NCBI GenBank assembly: GCA_000002445.1
Contig: CP000070.1
Coordinates: forward strand, 256,001-320,000
Length of the DNA stretch: 64,000 nucleotides
DNA from: Trypanosoma brucei
Lineage: Eukaryota
Direction of reading: 5' to 3'
The notes beneath the pieces are model-generated. The model had not been told where the DNA came from, did no database searches, and saw only the letters and a list, made by a program, of their open reading frames with translations. The translations under genes were made by a program, and so were the position numbers. Positions 29,385-40,700 of the stretch are shown here, one piece after another. The number at the start of each line of letters is the position of its first letter. Position 1 is the stretch's first letter.

Positions 29385-31604
29385 GTGCCAATGAATACCA
29401 CCGGGGAGCCCGCAAAGGCTGCTGCCCCACCAGCGGTCCGGCGGCGTGGGCGGGGGACATTCAACAGGCCGTTGCGAGCTGAAGAACCCACCGCGCCCAA
29501 CGCCACAGCGAGTCATGCGGGTGATAATGTTTCCGTAATAACAACCGTCACAACCGCTGTTCTTCCCGCCTCAACAGGTCCGTCAACTCGGGTACCTGAG
29601 GAGGATCTTGCGGCGGAATATGGCGGACAGAAGCGTGACATTCCTCTCAACATCCGTGAAAACTTCGGTGTGCATGAGGAGGAACAGGTGGTGGACACGG
29701 TGCGGCAGCTTCTGTTCCGCGGAGAGAAGCGCCGGCGGTATTGCGTTATCGTGGGAAACCTTCAAAACCCCGACAGGCCCATTACACTGAAACTGTTTGG
29801 TCATAAAGGATTGAAGCCATTTAAACTACAGAACAAACTCATCAGGTTAGTTAATATAAGCGTTAGCCGCCCACGTCTAATCAAGCAAACAGATGCATCG
29901 AAGGAAGAACAAGAGGTGTGGAGTGGGGGTGGTAGCGACGATGAGGTAATTGCGGACGCTCAGGCTGACACTGTGACTAAGACCGAAAATGATTTCGACA
30001 ATCAAGGTTCCTGTGACCACGGACAGCAGCAAAAATGGCGAAAAGAAGAACAAGAAGGCACACCGAAACGCGACTATGAAAGCGAAATCCAGAGGGCGCA
30101 TGAGCGACGAAACCCGGGAGGGGATGGGGGAGTAAAGGATGGTGAAGAATCCCAACCGACCATTCGAATGAGTGGAAGTGAAGTGGAAAAAAACGGAAGT
30201 GGGGATATGGATGTTAAGGCCAACGAGCGACCACCCAGTCAATCTGGTGAAGGACGAGACCAGGGTTGGGAGGAGAAGACGATGGATACAGAAACTCGCG
30301 ACGTTGATGACTATGCGAACGAGGATGTGGTTTTGCCGCTCACCGTGGAGATACGTGATTCCACCGCCACCAACATTGGTCAGCCGTCGTCCATTGCGAA
30401 CAGTCCTGTTCTCACCGCAGCACGCTTCGACACTCTTTATGGTTATTTTTTTCGTGAGTTTCAGCATCTTCTGCAACTAGAGGATGTTCGGATGCATCAA
30501 GTCTCTATTAACCTTAGTCTTGGTGCCGTCTATTGTTGTTTGGCCCGTGAGGGTTCGTACATCACTCCGCTGAAATACGCAACATTTAGTGAGTTTGTAC
30601 AGCGCATGAACGAGGAAAGCATGCAACTTTACTTCTTGAAGGACGCCCCGATTTGTGTTTCCCGTGCTGTTGACAGGGAGTGCGGTGCGCTGCAGTCTGA
30701 GGCCGCATTTTCGCTTGTCAAGATTTACTTCTTTTCAAATGAGCGGCAAAGCCGAACGGTTGCGCGGGCGATGTGGGATGCGCATGAAAATCGGTTCGTA
30801 TTGCTCGATATGGAGAACATGGGCGTAACCTTCACATGGACCGTCTTCTCCGTTGATGAAACTGATATTCAGAATAACCGAAAGAAACATCAAGGGGAAG
30901 GCGTAAGCAATGATAGTGGTATTCCCGATGGTGACAGTGCTACGGAGACCGATAAACCCATGCGGAAGAAAACAGTAGCGTTCCCTTTCGAATTGGAGCT
31001 CCGGGCCTATCGTCGTTGGAAGCAGCACACGGAGCACCCGGTCGCCCCAATTGCTGAGGCAATCCTCGACAAACTTTCGTTGGCGGAGCACAATCTCATT
31101 CAGTACGGTTCCACAATAGGCTATGAGAATATGGACTTGTCGAAAGTATGCGATGCAGACGCCGAATCAGAAGACTTTAACGTTGAGAGTATCATCGTCG
31201 AGCACACATCAAGGGTCAAACCGCGCGGTACCGACCTAACGGTTGACAGTACCTCATCATTGTGGATTGAAAACTTTGCCGCCGCCCGGGCACTTCGCGA
31301 GCGCATGGCGAAAGGACTCGTTGGAAATGAGGAAAGAAGTAACGTGAAAACGCGCCACGGGGAGCGGTCGGGGCGCAAGGGAGCGCCAGTTCCTAACGTA
31401 AAGCCAGTGACGCCCGCATCCCGGTTGACATTTTTTCGTTCTCGTGGTTCAACAGTGCACTGGAAACTTCGACCGGGATACAGCACTGAGGAGAACCTCT
31501 CCCCTCTGAGCGAAGCTCTACATTTTGTGCAACAGGTGCTCAAGACGGCAAACGAAATTGAAGGCCGGTCCGCGCGTGGTGGTGTAGCACCTGAACCTTT
31601 ATAG
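29385..31604 (+). CDS. Hypothetical acidic protein
   Basis: 739-aa ORF, collinear on the + strand. The central region is Glu/Asp-rich. No recognisable domain. Confidence 0.45.
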   Translation: MPMNTTGEPAKAAAPPAVRRRGRGTFNRPLRAEEPTAPNATASHAGDNVSVITTVTTAVLPASTGPSTRVPEEDLAAEYGGQKRDIPLNIRENFGVHEEEQVVDTVRQLLFRGEKRRRYCVIVGNLQNPDRPITLKLFGHKGLKPFKLQNKLIRLVNISVSRPRLIKQTDASKEEQEVWSGGGSDDEVIADAQADTVTKTENDFDNQGSCDHGQQQKWRKEEQEGTPKRDYESEIQRAHERRNPGGDGGVKDGEESQPTIRMSGSEVEKNGSGDMDVKANERPPSQSGEGRDQGWEEKTMDTETRDVDDYANEDVVLPLTVEIRDSTATNIGQPSSIANSPVLTAARFDTLYGYFFREFQHLLQLEDVRMHQVSINLSLGAVYCCLAREGSYITPLKYATFSEFVQRMNEESMQLYFLKDAPICVSRAVDRECGALQSEAAFSLVKIYFFSNERQSRTVARAMWDAHENRFVLLDMENMGVTFTWTVFSVDETDIQNNRKKHQGEGVSNDSGIPDGDSATETDKPMRKKTVAFPFELELRAYRRWKQHTEHPVAPIAEAILDKLSLAEHNLIQYGSTIGYENMDLSKVCDADAESEDFNVESIIVEHTSRVKPRGTDLTVDSTSSLWIENFAAARALRERMAKGLVGNEERSNVKTRHGERSGRKGAPVPNVKPVTPASRLTFFRSRGSTVHWKLRPGYSTEENLSPLSEALHFVQQVLKTANEIEGRSARGGVAPEPL

Positions 31605-32011
31605 TTGGGAGGTATTCTACGCGGCAATTACGATTGGCTTTCGTGAGAGAATGTGTTTCATACTGTTGGGCTAAGAAGTCTGCTTTCCCCCTCTTAACCT
31701 GTTCGAAGCCCCTCGATCTCGTTATGTCGTTGGGTACACCAATTGCCCCTCCTCTATTGCTTGCAGCTTATGGAATTTTTGTTCTGTTGCTCTTTTTTTT
31801 TTTTCCTCCTCCTCCCCTCAATCTTTGCGCTACTGACATTCCCATCAATACCAATAACAGACACAAAACAGTGTAAGCAGGTACCATCGCAATACCGAGG
31901 AGAATATAGCTTTGTTTGTTTTATTTTGACGTAGTGCTAAACTTTGTGTTCGCGTGCAAGTTCAGTGATATATATATATATTTTTTTTGGTAAAAGTAAA
32001 ACCAGACATTC

Positions 32012-33067
32012 ATGGGCGACGACGGTTATTCGTCATACGTCCTGCTTCAGGAACAGATCCTGACAGTGAAGCGTAGCTTCAGCGAAGCTCTCGAAAAGGA
32101 ATTAAATTTGGTTGAGGTGCGAGCACCGATTCTGTTTCGGGTGGGTGACGGAACACAGGACAATCTCTCCGGCTTCGAGAAGGCAGTTCAGGTCCCTGTC
32201 AAGGCCATTCCCAATGCATCATTTGAGGTGGTACATTCACTTGCCAAGTGGAAGCGACGGACGCTCGCTAACTACAAGTTTGCTCCAGGCCATGGGCTCT
32301 ACACCCACATGACGGCACTGCGTGTGGATGATGTTCTGGACAATATCCACTCTGTTGTGGTGGACCAGTGGGACTGGGAAATGGTGATGAAGGATGACCA
32401 GCGCAATTTGGCCTTCTTAAAGGAGGTTGTGTGTAAGGTGTATGCCGCAATCCGAAAAACGGAGTTGGCTGTCTGTGAAAAGTACAAGCAGAAGCCTATT
32501 CTCCCGGAGACCATACAGTTTGTGCATGCAGAGCACCTACTTCTGGCGTACCCAAACCTAACAGCTAAGGAGCGTGAGCGGGAGATTGCACGAGAATACG
32601 GCGCTGTTTTCCTCATTGGCATAGGCGCTGTCCTTAGCAGTGGGGATCGGCATGATGCACGGGCGCCGGATTATGATGATTGGACCTCTCCAGTTGAGGC
32701 ATCCCAAGTCGTTTTCCCCCGAACCTCTAAACCCATACCAACGATGAACTCCCTTTCGTCACTGAAGGGGCTGAATGGTGACATTCTGCTTTACAATCCT
32801 ACGCTGGATGATTCACTTGAGGTAAGCAGCATGGGCATCCGCGTGAATGCCGAGGCTTTGCGTCACCAAATTTCTCTGACGGGAGACGATTCTCTTCTCA
32901 AAAGTGAGTGGCACCAACAGCTGCTGAATGGTGAGTTTCCCCAGACTGTTGGCGGTGGTATTGGCCAGAGTCGCATGGTGATGTTCATGCTAAGAAAGAA
33001 GCATATCGGGGAGGTGCAATGCAGCGTCTGGCCTGAGGAGATTCGGAAAAAGCACAATTTGTTGTAA
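32012..33067 (+). CDS. ASNA: Asparagine synthetase A (ammonia-dependent aspartate-ammonia ligase, bacterial AsnA type)
   Basis: 351 aa. Near-collinear identity to bacterial AsnA across the whole length: [110 protein letters not shown] and [26 protein letters not shown]. Confidence 0.92.
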
Positions 33068-33706
33068 AAAACTTTTTTTCATCATTTCCCCCCCTTTGTT
33101 TTCGCCTTCTTCATTTGTTTTGGTTTTGCCTTTAATGCAGAGCGGAATAAATTACCTTTTCGTATTGTTCCCGTTGGTGCGTGTTCTCGCATCGGGATAT
33201 CGTCATCATTCGTGTTTCTTTCTTGTTTTGTCCTTTTAAAGTTTCGGTAATCGAATGTTTTTTCCTCTTTTTCTTTGGGTAGGGGGAGGAGAGGGGAGGT
33301 GGAGAGGACGGCTCATACTTTTTTTCGTCGTTAAAATTTTATCCCTTTCGTTTCCAATCTGTTTCTTGTCTTGTATTTATTTTCAGAAGGCAGGACCGCG
33401 GCTACCTGCTGGAAGTGTGTGCCATGGCCGCTCTTACTATTTCCGCCCATTTGTTGTTATTTATATTTTTGAAATTTGACGTATTGAAGGATGAAAATAG
33501 TACGGGATATGTTAAAGCGTCGAAATAGAACCAAGGCGGAAAACTCGGGAATTGTCTAAATAAGTATATGCATGTAAGGCGAGTAAGAAAGCGGTGTCAA
33601 TCGAAAAAGTGAAATACTAAAAAATAGAGGAGGTGGTGAAGATGCGCCAATTAATCAAACTTCCCTGTGGTTGGCACCTCCTGCCTTAACTCATTTTTGT
33701 GTCGTT

Positions 33707-33724
33707 TATATATATATATATATA
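33707..33724. repeat. (TA)n microsatellite
   Basis: Direct read. Confidence 0.85.
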
Positions 33725-34301
33725 AATGTCACGATAGCCCGCACTACTTTGGTAGCTTCTTTTTCTTTTTCCATTTTTGTTCATCCTTTCCTGCTCTGGC
33801 AGAGATAATGAGTAAGAAACGTTACCTCACGCATACTCTTGTGGTGATGAATAGTTGGCGACGGGAATGCGGAGGGGGAGGAGGGAGGCAAACTCCTATT
33901 AAGTGCAGTAACACCGAGGTAACGAAATTGCGTTAGAAGGTAAAAGGATGGGGGCTGCACTTGTTTGTCTCATGAAACTTTTTAATATCCCTTCGTAAGC
34001 GCATGCGTTAACTAAGAAGGGTGCCAAGCCCTGCCACTCAGTTTGTGACCGGCTTTGTGCCAGGTAATGCTGAGAGCCCCAATAATCTACACTCGACACA
34101 ATATTGAGTGAACCAGAGACCCGTGTGTGTGTGCGTGTGGAGGGCGGGATTACATGTAATGAATTTGTGGTGCCTGCATGTGTTTGGACCGCTCATTTGA
34201 CGAAAAAGAAAAAGTTCTCTTTTGGCATCAACCATAACATCTCGTAAAAGGGAAGGTTGGTAGGTTTACGCGCGAACGAGTAGGTTGGAGGAGGCGCCTA
34301 C

Positions 34302-34802
34302 ATGTCTACAATCTTTGACTTTGAGGTGCTTGACGCCGACCATAAGCCATATAATCTCGTGCAACACAAGGGCTCTCCGCTACTGATATACAATGTGGCA
34401 AGTAAATGCGGTTACACAAAGGGTGGTTATGAAACGGCGACAGCACTCTACAACAAGTACAAGTCACAGGGATTCACTGTTCTGGTGTTTCCCTGCAATG
34501 AGTTTGGTGGTCAGGAAGCCGGAAACGAGGAGGAAATCAAGGAGTTTGTATGCACCAAGTTCAAGGCTGAGTTTCCAATTATGGCGAAAATTAACGTAAA
34601 TGGTGAAAACGCACACCCATTGTATGAGTACATGAAAAAAACTAAACCTGGTATTCTTGCAACGAAGGCTATCAAATGGAACTTTACATCCTTCCTCATT
34701 GATCGAGATGGCGTACCCGTGGAGCGCTTCTCACCTGGTGCCTCTGTGAAGGATATTGAGGAGAAACTCATTCCACTGCTCGAAAGCACGCAGAGCGCGT
34801 GA
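34302..34802 (+). CDS. TDPX1: Glutathione-peroxidase-type tryparedoxin peroxidase (non-selenium, Cys-based), tandem copy 1
   Basis: 166 aa. NVASKCGYT carries the peroxidatic Cys where GPx enzymes have Sec. FPCNEFGGQE carries the resolving Cys. WNFTSFLIDRDG is the GPx family signature. The protein ends ...ESTQSA. Confidence 0.9.
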   Translation: MSTIFDFEVLDADHKPYNLVQHKGSPLLIYNVASKCGYTKGGYETATALYNKYKSQGFTVLVFPCNEFGGQEAGNEEEIKEFVCTKFKAEFPIMAKINVNGENAHPLYEYMKKTKPGILATKAIKWNFTSFLIDRDGVPVERFSPGASVKDIEEKLIPLLESTQSA

Positions 34803-35228
34803 TGGATTTGTCGCTGAAACGGAGTGCGCGGCTGGTGATGTGAAGTGCTGCCGATGATCGAGGACAGTGAAGTTGTAAATGATAATATGAAAAACGCGTT
34901 AATGAAGGGACCGTAAGTTTGCCCGCTTATGGTGATTATGGCACCCAGGTGTAACGCCAGCGGAGGTCATTTGATTTTCTCCATTATAATTTTTTTGTTT
35001 TGAAAGGGCGTTGTGTCGTGTGCCACTCAGTGAATGTTGCTGTAATTAAGTCGGAAGGGAAGTGGTTAAGGGGCAAGCTTCTGTTTTTGTGAACGAGGTA
35101 GTGCATCAACTAATATTGTACAGATTAGTCGCCTTCAGTTCCTATTTCGCTTTGTTTTTGTCCTTGCGTCGTTGGGAAGCAACACAAACAAGACTACCAA
35201 CTCCTTCGGCACTCATTCGGATAAAAAG

Positions 35229-35738
35229 ATGTCAGCTGCTTCGTCAATCTTTGACTTTGAGGTGCTTGACGCCGACCATAAGCCATATAATCTCGTGCAA
35301 CACAAGGGCTCTCCGCTACTGATATACAATGTGGCAAGTAAATGCGGTTACACAAAGGGTGGTTATGAAACGGCGACAACACTCTACAACAAGTACAAGT
35401 CACAGGGCTTCACTGTTCTGGCGTTCCCGTGTAACCAATTTGGTGGTCAGGAACCCGGAACCGAGGAGGAAATTAAGGAGTTTGTATGCACCAAGTTCAA
35501 GGCTGAGTTTCCAATTATGGCGAAAATTAACGTAAATGGTGAAAACGCACACCCATTGTATGAGTACATGAAAAAAACTAAACCTGGTATCCTCAAAACG
35601 AAGGCTATCAAATGGAACTTTACATCCTTCCTCATTGATCGAGATGGCGTACCCGTGGAGCGCTTCTCACCTGGTGCCTCTGTGAAGGATATTGAGAAAA
35701 AACTCATTCCACTGCTCGAAAGCACGCAGAGCGCGTGA
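35229..35738 (+). CDS. TDPX2: Glutathione-peroxidase-type tryparedoxin peroxidase, tandem copy 2
   Basis: Begins MSAASSIFDFEV at the ATG at 35229. The ORF-track start at 35172 is an in-frame read-through of the polypyrimidine spacer. FPCNQFGGQE. The protein ends ESTQSA. Confidence 0.85.
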   Translation: MSAASSIFDFEVLDADHKPYNLVQHKGSPLLIYNVASKCGYTKGGYETATTLYNKYKSQGFTVLAFPCNQFGGQEPGTEEEIKEFVCTKFKAEFPIMAKINVNGENAHPLYEYMKKTKPGILKTKAIKWNFTSFLIDRDGVPVERFSPGASVKDIEKKLIPLLESTQSA

Positions 35739-36063
35739 TGGATTTGTCGCTGAAACGGAGTGCGCGGCTGGTGATGTGAAGTGCTGCCGATGATCGAGGA
35801 CAGTGAAGTTGTGAATGATAGTATGAAAAACGCGTTAATGTAGGGACCGTAAGTTTGCCCGCTTATGGTGATTATGGCACCCAGGTGTAACGCCAGCGGA
35901 GGTCATTTGATTTTCTCCATTATAATTTTTTTGTTTTGAAAGGGCGTTGTGTCGTGTGCCACTCAGTGAATGTTGCTGTAATTAAGTCAGAAGGGAAGTG
36001 GTTAAGGGGCAAGCTTCTGTTTTTGTGAACGAGGTAGTGCATCAACTAATATTGTACAGATTA

Positions 36064-36108
36064 GTCGCCTTCAGTTCCTATTTCGCTTTGTTTTTGTCCT
36101 TGCGTCGT
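36064..36108 (+). promoter_or_regulatory. Polypyrimidine tract / SL acceptor region upstream of TDPX copy 3. The same element recurs upstream of copy 2.
   Basis: gccttcagttcctatttcgctttgtttttgtccttgcgtcgttg, followed by ggAAGcaacac. Confidence 0.4.
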
Positions 36109-36139
36109 TGGGAAGCAACACAAACAAGACTACCAACTC

Positions 36140-36670
36140 ATGCTGCGTTCATCTCGGAAAAAGATGTCAGCTGCTTCGTCAATCTTTGACTTTGAGGTGC
36201 TTGACGCCGACCATAAGCCATATAATCTCGTGCAACACAAGGGCTCTCCGCTACTGATATACAATGTGGCAAGTAAATGCGGTTACACAAAGGGTGGTTA
36301 TGAAACGGCGACAGCACTCTACAACAAGTACAAGTCACAGGGCTTCACTGTTCTGGCGTTCCCGTGTAACCAATTTGGTGGTCAGGAACCCGGAACCGAG
36401 GAGGAAATTAAGGAGTTTGTATGCACCAAGTTCAAGGCTGAGTTTCCAATTATGGCGAAAATTAACGTAAATGGTGAAAACGCACACCCATTGTATGAGT
36501 ACATGAAAAAAACTAAACCTGGTATTCTTGCAACGAAGGCTATCAAATGGAACTTTACATCCTTCCTCATTGATCGAGATGGCGTACCCGTGGAGCGCTT
36601 CTCACCTGGTGCCTCTGTGAAGGATATTGAGGAGAAACTCATTCCACTGCTCGGGAGTGCGCGACTTTGA
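36140..36670 (+). CDS. TDPX3: Glutathione-peroxidase-type tryparedoxin peroxidase, tandem copy 3. It has an 8-residue N-terminal extension (MLRSSRKK, presequence-like) and a C-terminal ARL (PTS1-like) in place of ESTQSA.
   Basis: 176 aa. The upstream in-frame ATG arises from sequence differences in the 30 nt before the shared MSAASS start. The 3' end diverges (...LLGSARL*). Confidence 0.85.
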   Translation: MLRSSRKKMSAASSIFDFEVLDADHKPYNLVQHKGSPLLIYNVASKCGYTKGGYETATALYNKYKSQGFTVLAFPCNQFGGQEPGTEEEIKEFVCTKFKAEFPIMAKINVNGENAHPLYEYMKKTKPGILATKAIKWNFTSFLIDRDGVPVERFSPGASVKDIEEKLIPLLGSARL

Positions 36671-37758
36671 AAGAAGAATACGTCTCTGGACCGCGACAAC
36701 GCAAGACGCGGGAGGGGGGTGTTTTGGTGTGCTTTGCTGCGTTGTTATGTTTTCATTGTGTCTGTGTTTTTTATTGTTTCTATTTTTACCGAGTACTCAG
36801 CACTGACTTGAGGCAATCAGTGGAGTTGAGGTTGAAAGGGAGGGCCGCGGAAGCTGCTCAGAGAGATGCAAGAACCGAATTTGCGCTCCCTTGCGGGGGT
36901 GCATTGTCTCTCCCCTTTTGGTGCAAGTTCCACACATATCGTACCCGCCGTTTATCTTGGACGTGGAAGCAAATCCAACGTCTGCCACGGACGGGCACTC
37001 GTACTATCCGCGAACCCTGTTGTCGCGGCCTCCAGTTGCATAATGAGCGAAGAAGTGTGGTGTAGAGGGTTTTTCTTCTCAAGAAACCGAAGCACCTCTC
37101 AGATAGTTGGTTAAATAGTGTGGTTTACTGTCTTCGTAGTCTCCACAAATGACGTTATTGCAGTAGATTCAGTTTGCTTCATTCCTTTGGCCGTTGTGGA
37201 AAGTTTCGTCCATATTTGTATGCGTGTTTTAGTGGAGTCGGGTTGGCATTTAGAAGCGCGCTCGCGGAGAGGACAGACGGGGTCAATAGGGATGCAAAGA
37301 TTTTACGTGATCTGATTTACAAATATTCATTTTGTATTGATCGAAGGATCCAGTTACACCATACACACCCGTATTTCCCTTTTTGCATGGTGCTCACATT
37401 ATGATGGCCTCTTTTTTTTTTTTGCGTTCTCTGCTTAACAATCGGTGCATTTACACACTTACTTGCACTGTCGACGAGTAAATATACTTCATTCTTTTTG
37501 CGCTGCTAGGTGCACTTGTTTGTAGGGTTGTACGTATTCATTTCTGCCGTTGTGGCATCGTTATATTTCAGTTGAATTTCTTTTCGCCCGTAGTTTGCCA
37601 CTCCCTCCGGATTGTACCGTCTCTTGACACCACAAGAAATAGTTGAGAGTTTGTTTGCCTTCCGCGCAGAGGCTTCTGCTATTTAAAGAGGGAGACTCTA
37701 GTGGACACTTCCCTTGCATCTGCCTTAATCGGCTGACGCGCGTGGGCCTCTCACTGTT

Positions 37759-40700
37759 TTGTTGACCTGTGGCGACCCTTCTCCCCTTAGTGAAAAAGCT
37801 CCAGCATGCACAACAGAAACACATAAAGTGCTGGTACTTGTACAGATTCGTGGGGGAAGTGCGGGGGTTTTCTGGCGCACGGAAAGGGGCCAAAATTTAC
37901 CATTTTTTTTTGTTTCGCAACGAATGCGAGGATCCAATAGGGCGCAACTTTCGGCGTTATTTTCTATCGTGTCAGCAGCCACTCATCCTGGTGTGAGGGC
38001 TGGGCGAATCCCATGCGTGACGCAAGTAACGGCCCCAAATGATGCAACGGCTCCGTCGGCTACTGCATTGAGGCCTGAGAAGTCGCACTTGACCTGGCAA
38101 GAGGCGCTTTGCGAAATGGAAGGATTGCACGAAATGTCAGTGCCGGTGCGTTCCGCTGTGGCGCTGCATGAATTCCTCACCTCAGAAGCAAAGAAGCTTG
38201 GATGTGACGCCGCGCAACGGGGAGAACTGCGGCGGCGGGCCGGCGTCTTCTGTGCGAAGGACAACGCCCGCCCCCCACGGTGGTCCAGCGGCGTTTTCGC
38301 GGGTGATGATTCTCGTGTTAATGGGAGGAAGCTGAAGGACGTCCTGGTGGAGGAAATGGAAGGATGTCGTGCATGGGCAACAGAATGCATCCAGAAAATG
38401 GGGAGTGCAGCTGGTATAGACCAGACAAGGTGCGCTTTAAAACCGGTAGGTGGTGCGGGGGAGCCGTTTGAGGAGATTTGTGGAGCTGTTGCGTGCTTCG
38501 CCGGCGAAGAATCAGGGGTGGTTGAATCGTTCGCGCTGGCATCCGTTCTCCTGAATCACCTGCGACCAATGCGTCGTTGCCTTGTGGAACTGGCCAGGGA
38601 CGCATGGGAGGAAGCACTAAATGTGTGTGAGCAATTTCTAAACAGTGATGATGCAATCTCCTCAGCGCTAGGGGCAGAACTCTTTCGTTGCGTCGCTTCT
38701 GTCGCTCCTTCGAACAGTAGAGTGAAGCTCCTCAGTCTGTACGTGCATCAAAGGAGGAATCAACTGCTCAGTAATTTAAAGGACCTCCCAAACCTCTTCC
38801 GTTTCTGCTCCCTACGGTGCTTTGATGAGGAGGAACTTCTCAACTGGAGGCGTAAACTTAGAGAGCAAATGCAGGCAATGCTCGACATCATCCGGGAGAT
38901 GGACGCTCTAGATGTGGAGAGGGCACAAGAGTTCAAGCGGGCGTGTAGTTTGGGCCGAAGAGCCGCAGTAAACATGGTTCCAGCTGGTGGTTACTCCCAA
39001 GAGCACCACGGTTCTCACAGTAACCGTTTTTCGTTTTCTTCACCTGCATCCCTTTCTCGTAATATGGAAAAACGGGGGTGCGGGGTGGAGTGTGAGGAGG
39101 GAAAGAAGAGCGTACAGGTGCGTGAAATAAGTGCGAAAGGCGCAGAGTATGTGAAAGGAAATGTAGAGGGTTTGGACAATACGTCGAGGTCCGGGAACAG
39201 GTTCACGTCGTCCGAGATGGCGGTAGTGTCATCATGCTGGCAGCGCACGGCATTAGAAACTTGGCGGAAGCAACGTGGGAGTGCCATCAGAATGTTGTGT
39301 AGCCAGGACGGAAAAGAAGCGAAGGAAGGGGGTCAGGGAAAACAGTTCCGAGTGGAACTTGGGCACCACGAAGCGTGTCGAGCGGATGTCGCTGAAGGCC
39401 CTCACAGGACACCGCTATCCCGCCTCAGGGCCACAATAAGCGGTGGGTGTAAGGATTACTCGGACCTGCTCACCGCACTCTGCAGTTGGGTTAGGGAAAA
39501 TCGCCGCGACTTGAATGAGACCTGCTATATGACGTTTGTCCTAGAGATTGTTGTATTTATTTTTGTTTGTGAACTCCGACCCAGTGTAGGTGTGGCTGCG
39601 TTGTCGCAGCTCACCTCCCTGTTGGTGCAGTTCAGGAAGGAGCAGGTAGTCAATAATTCAGTGAATTTGTTTACTGAGCCGCTGACTGTGGGCCTCGCCG
39701 CAGCTGCTTTGCGCACGTCTATGGAGGCAGCGCGTCGTGGGACGGTGCGTGGTGGTATTGCCATCGATCCAGAGGATGTTGGGAACTCCCCATTCCTGAA
39801 GGACGTTGCCGCACTGCTCTTCGAGGTCCGGCTTCCTCATATGTTGCGCCAAACCGTATCCATTCTCCGTGACGGTTACTTCACCTCTCCGCTCGAAACC
39901 ATAGGAGCCCCACCACCGTTGGGTTTCTCCAATGAGTTTTACCAACACACTGGTGTGATTGCTGTTCTTGTTCGGATGGCAGCTTGCCGCAATATGCGAC
40001 CAACGGTGTCGCCTGATTTCCCAACGGTTCCTATTCAACCAGTCGCTTTTTTGATTGAACTTACCGAGGTGGTTGGCGAAAGTGCGATTTTAATGCTCAG
40101 AGAGATTCCCCTCCGTAGGAAGAAGCCCATCCCAGGGGTTTTGAATGAAGCGCTGTGGGGTTTGTTTGTGCCCTTTGCTGCTTGGTTGCTTCACAACGGC
40201 GAGAGTTTGGCAGGGGAGTTGCCTGTCGATGGAGTCCGTCGGTTATTGAAGTTGTGTGAAGCTGTTGTTGCGGATTTAGCGGCGCGGTGGAACTATAGTG
40301 TGGTGCCAACGAGGCGACGCTGGATAAGTATGGAAAAGCCTGTTGTATCTTTGTTTACACAAGAGTACGTGGCGGATGAGGTTACTCGGCGGAAGGTGGT
40401 GAGTTTCGCATCTCTTTTGGAGGGAATACTATCTGCGGCGTTACGTTTCTTCCCCAACATTTTCTCGGAGGCACGGGGATTTTCTCGCGTGTGCAGCGCG
40501 GTCGCTATCATTCTGCATGATGTGGACACCCACACAGCTCACCAGATTATGGAATTTCTTCTCCGCCTGTCACCCCCACCGGAGCAAATGGACTGCAGTG
40601 CGCATCATGCCGTTGTGCGCTGTTTGTCTGCTATGCGTCACGGTTGTACATTATGGATGCAAGCTGTGCATCATTACACTCAAACGTTGCGCACGATCAT

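Larger units (their letters stand above)
34311..36660 (+). repeat. Tandem gene array of ~935-bp units (~2.5 units), each comprising a TDPX CDS plus its intergenic spacer
   Basis: The CDS and the ~430-bp spacers after copies 1 and 2 are near-identical (tgatggatttgtcgctgaaacggagtgcgcggctggtgatgtgaagtgctgccgatgatcgagg... repeats). Identity breaks at the 3' end of copy 3. Confidence 0.85.

Noticed and set aside
35172-35228. 19-codon upstream extension (MGSNTNKTTNSFGTHSDKK) of TDPX copy 2
   Set aside because: The extension translates the polypyrimidine/SL-acceptor spacer. The homologous position in copy 1 has no such extension, and the conserved start is MSAASS/MSTIF.
34311-36660. Regular ~935-bp direct repeats, which could superficially suggest a CRISPR-like or satellite array
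   Set aside because: The units are far too long. Each contains a complete conserved peroxidase CDS. The organism is a eukaryote. It is a tandem gene array.
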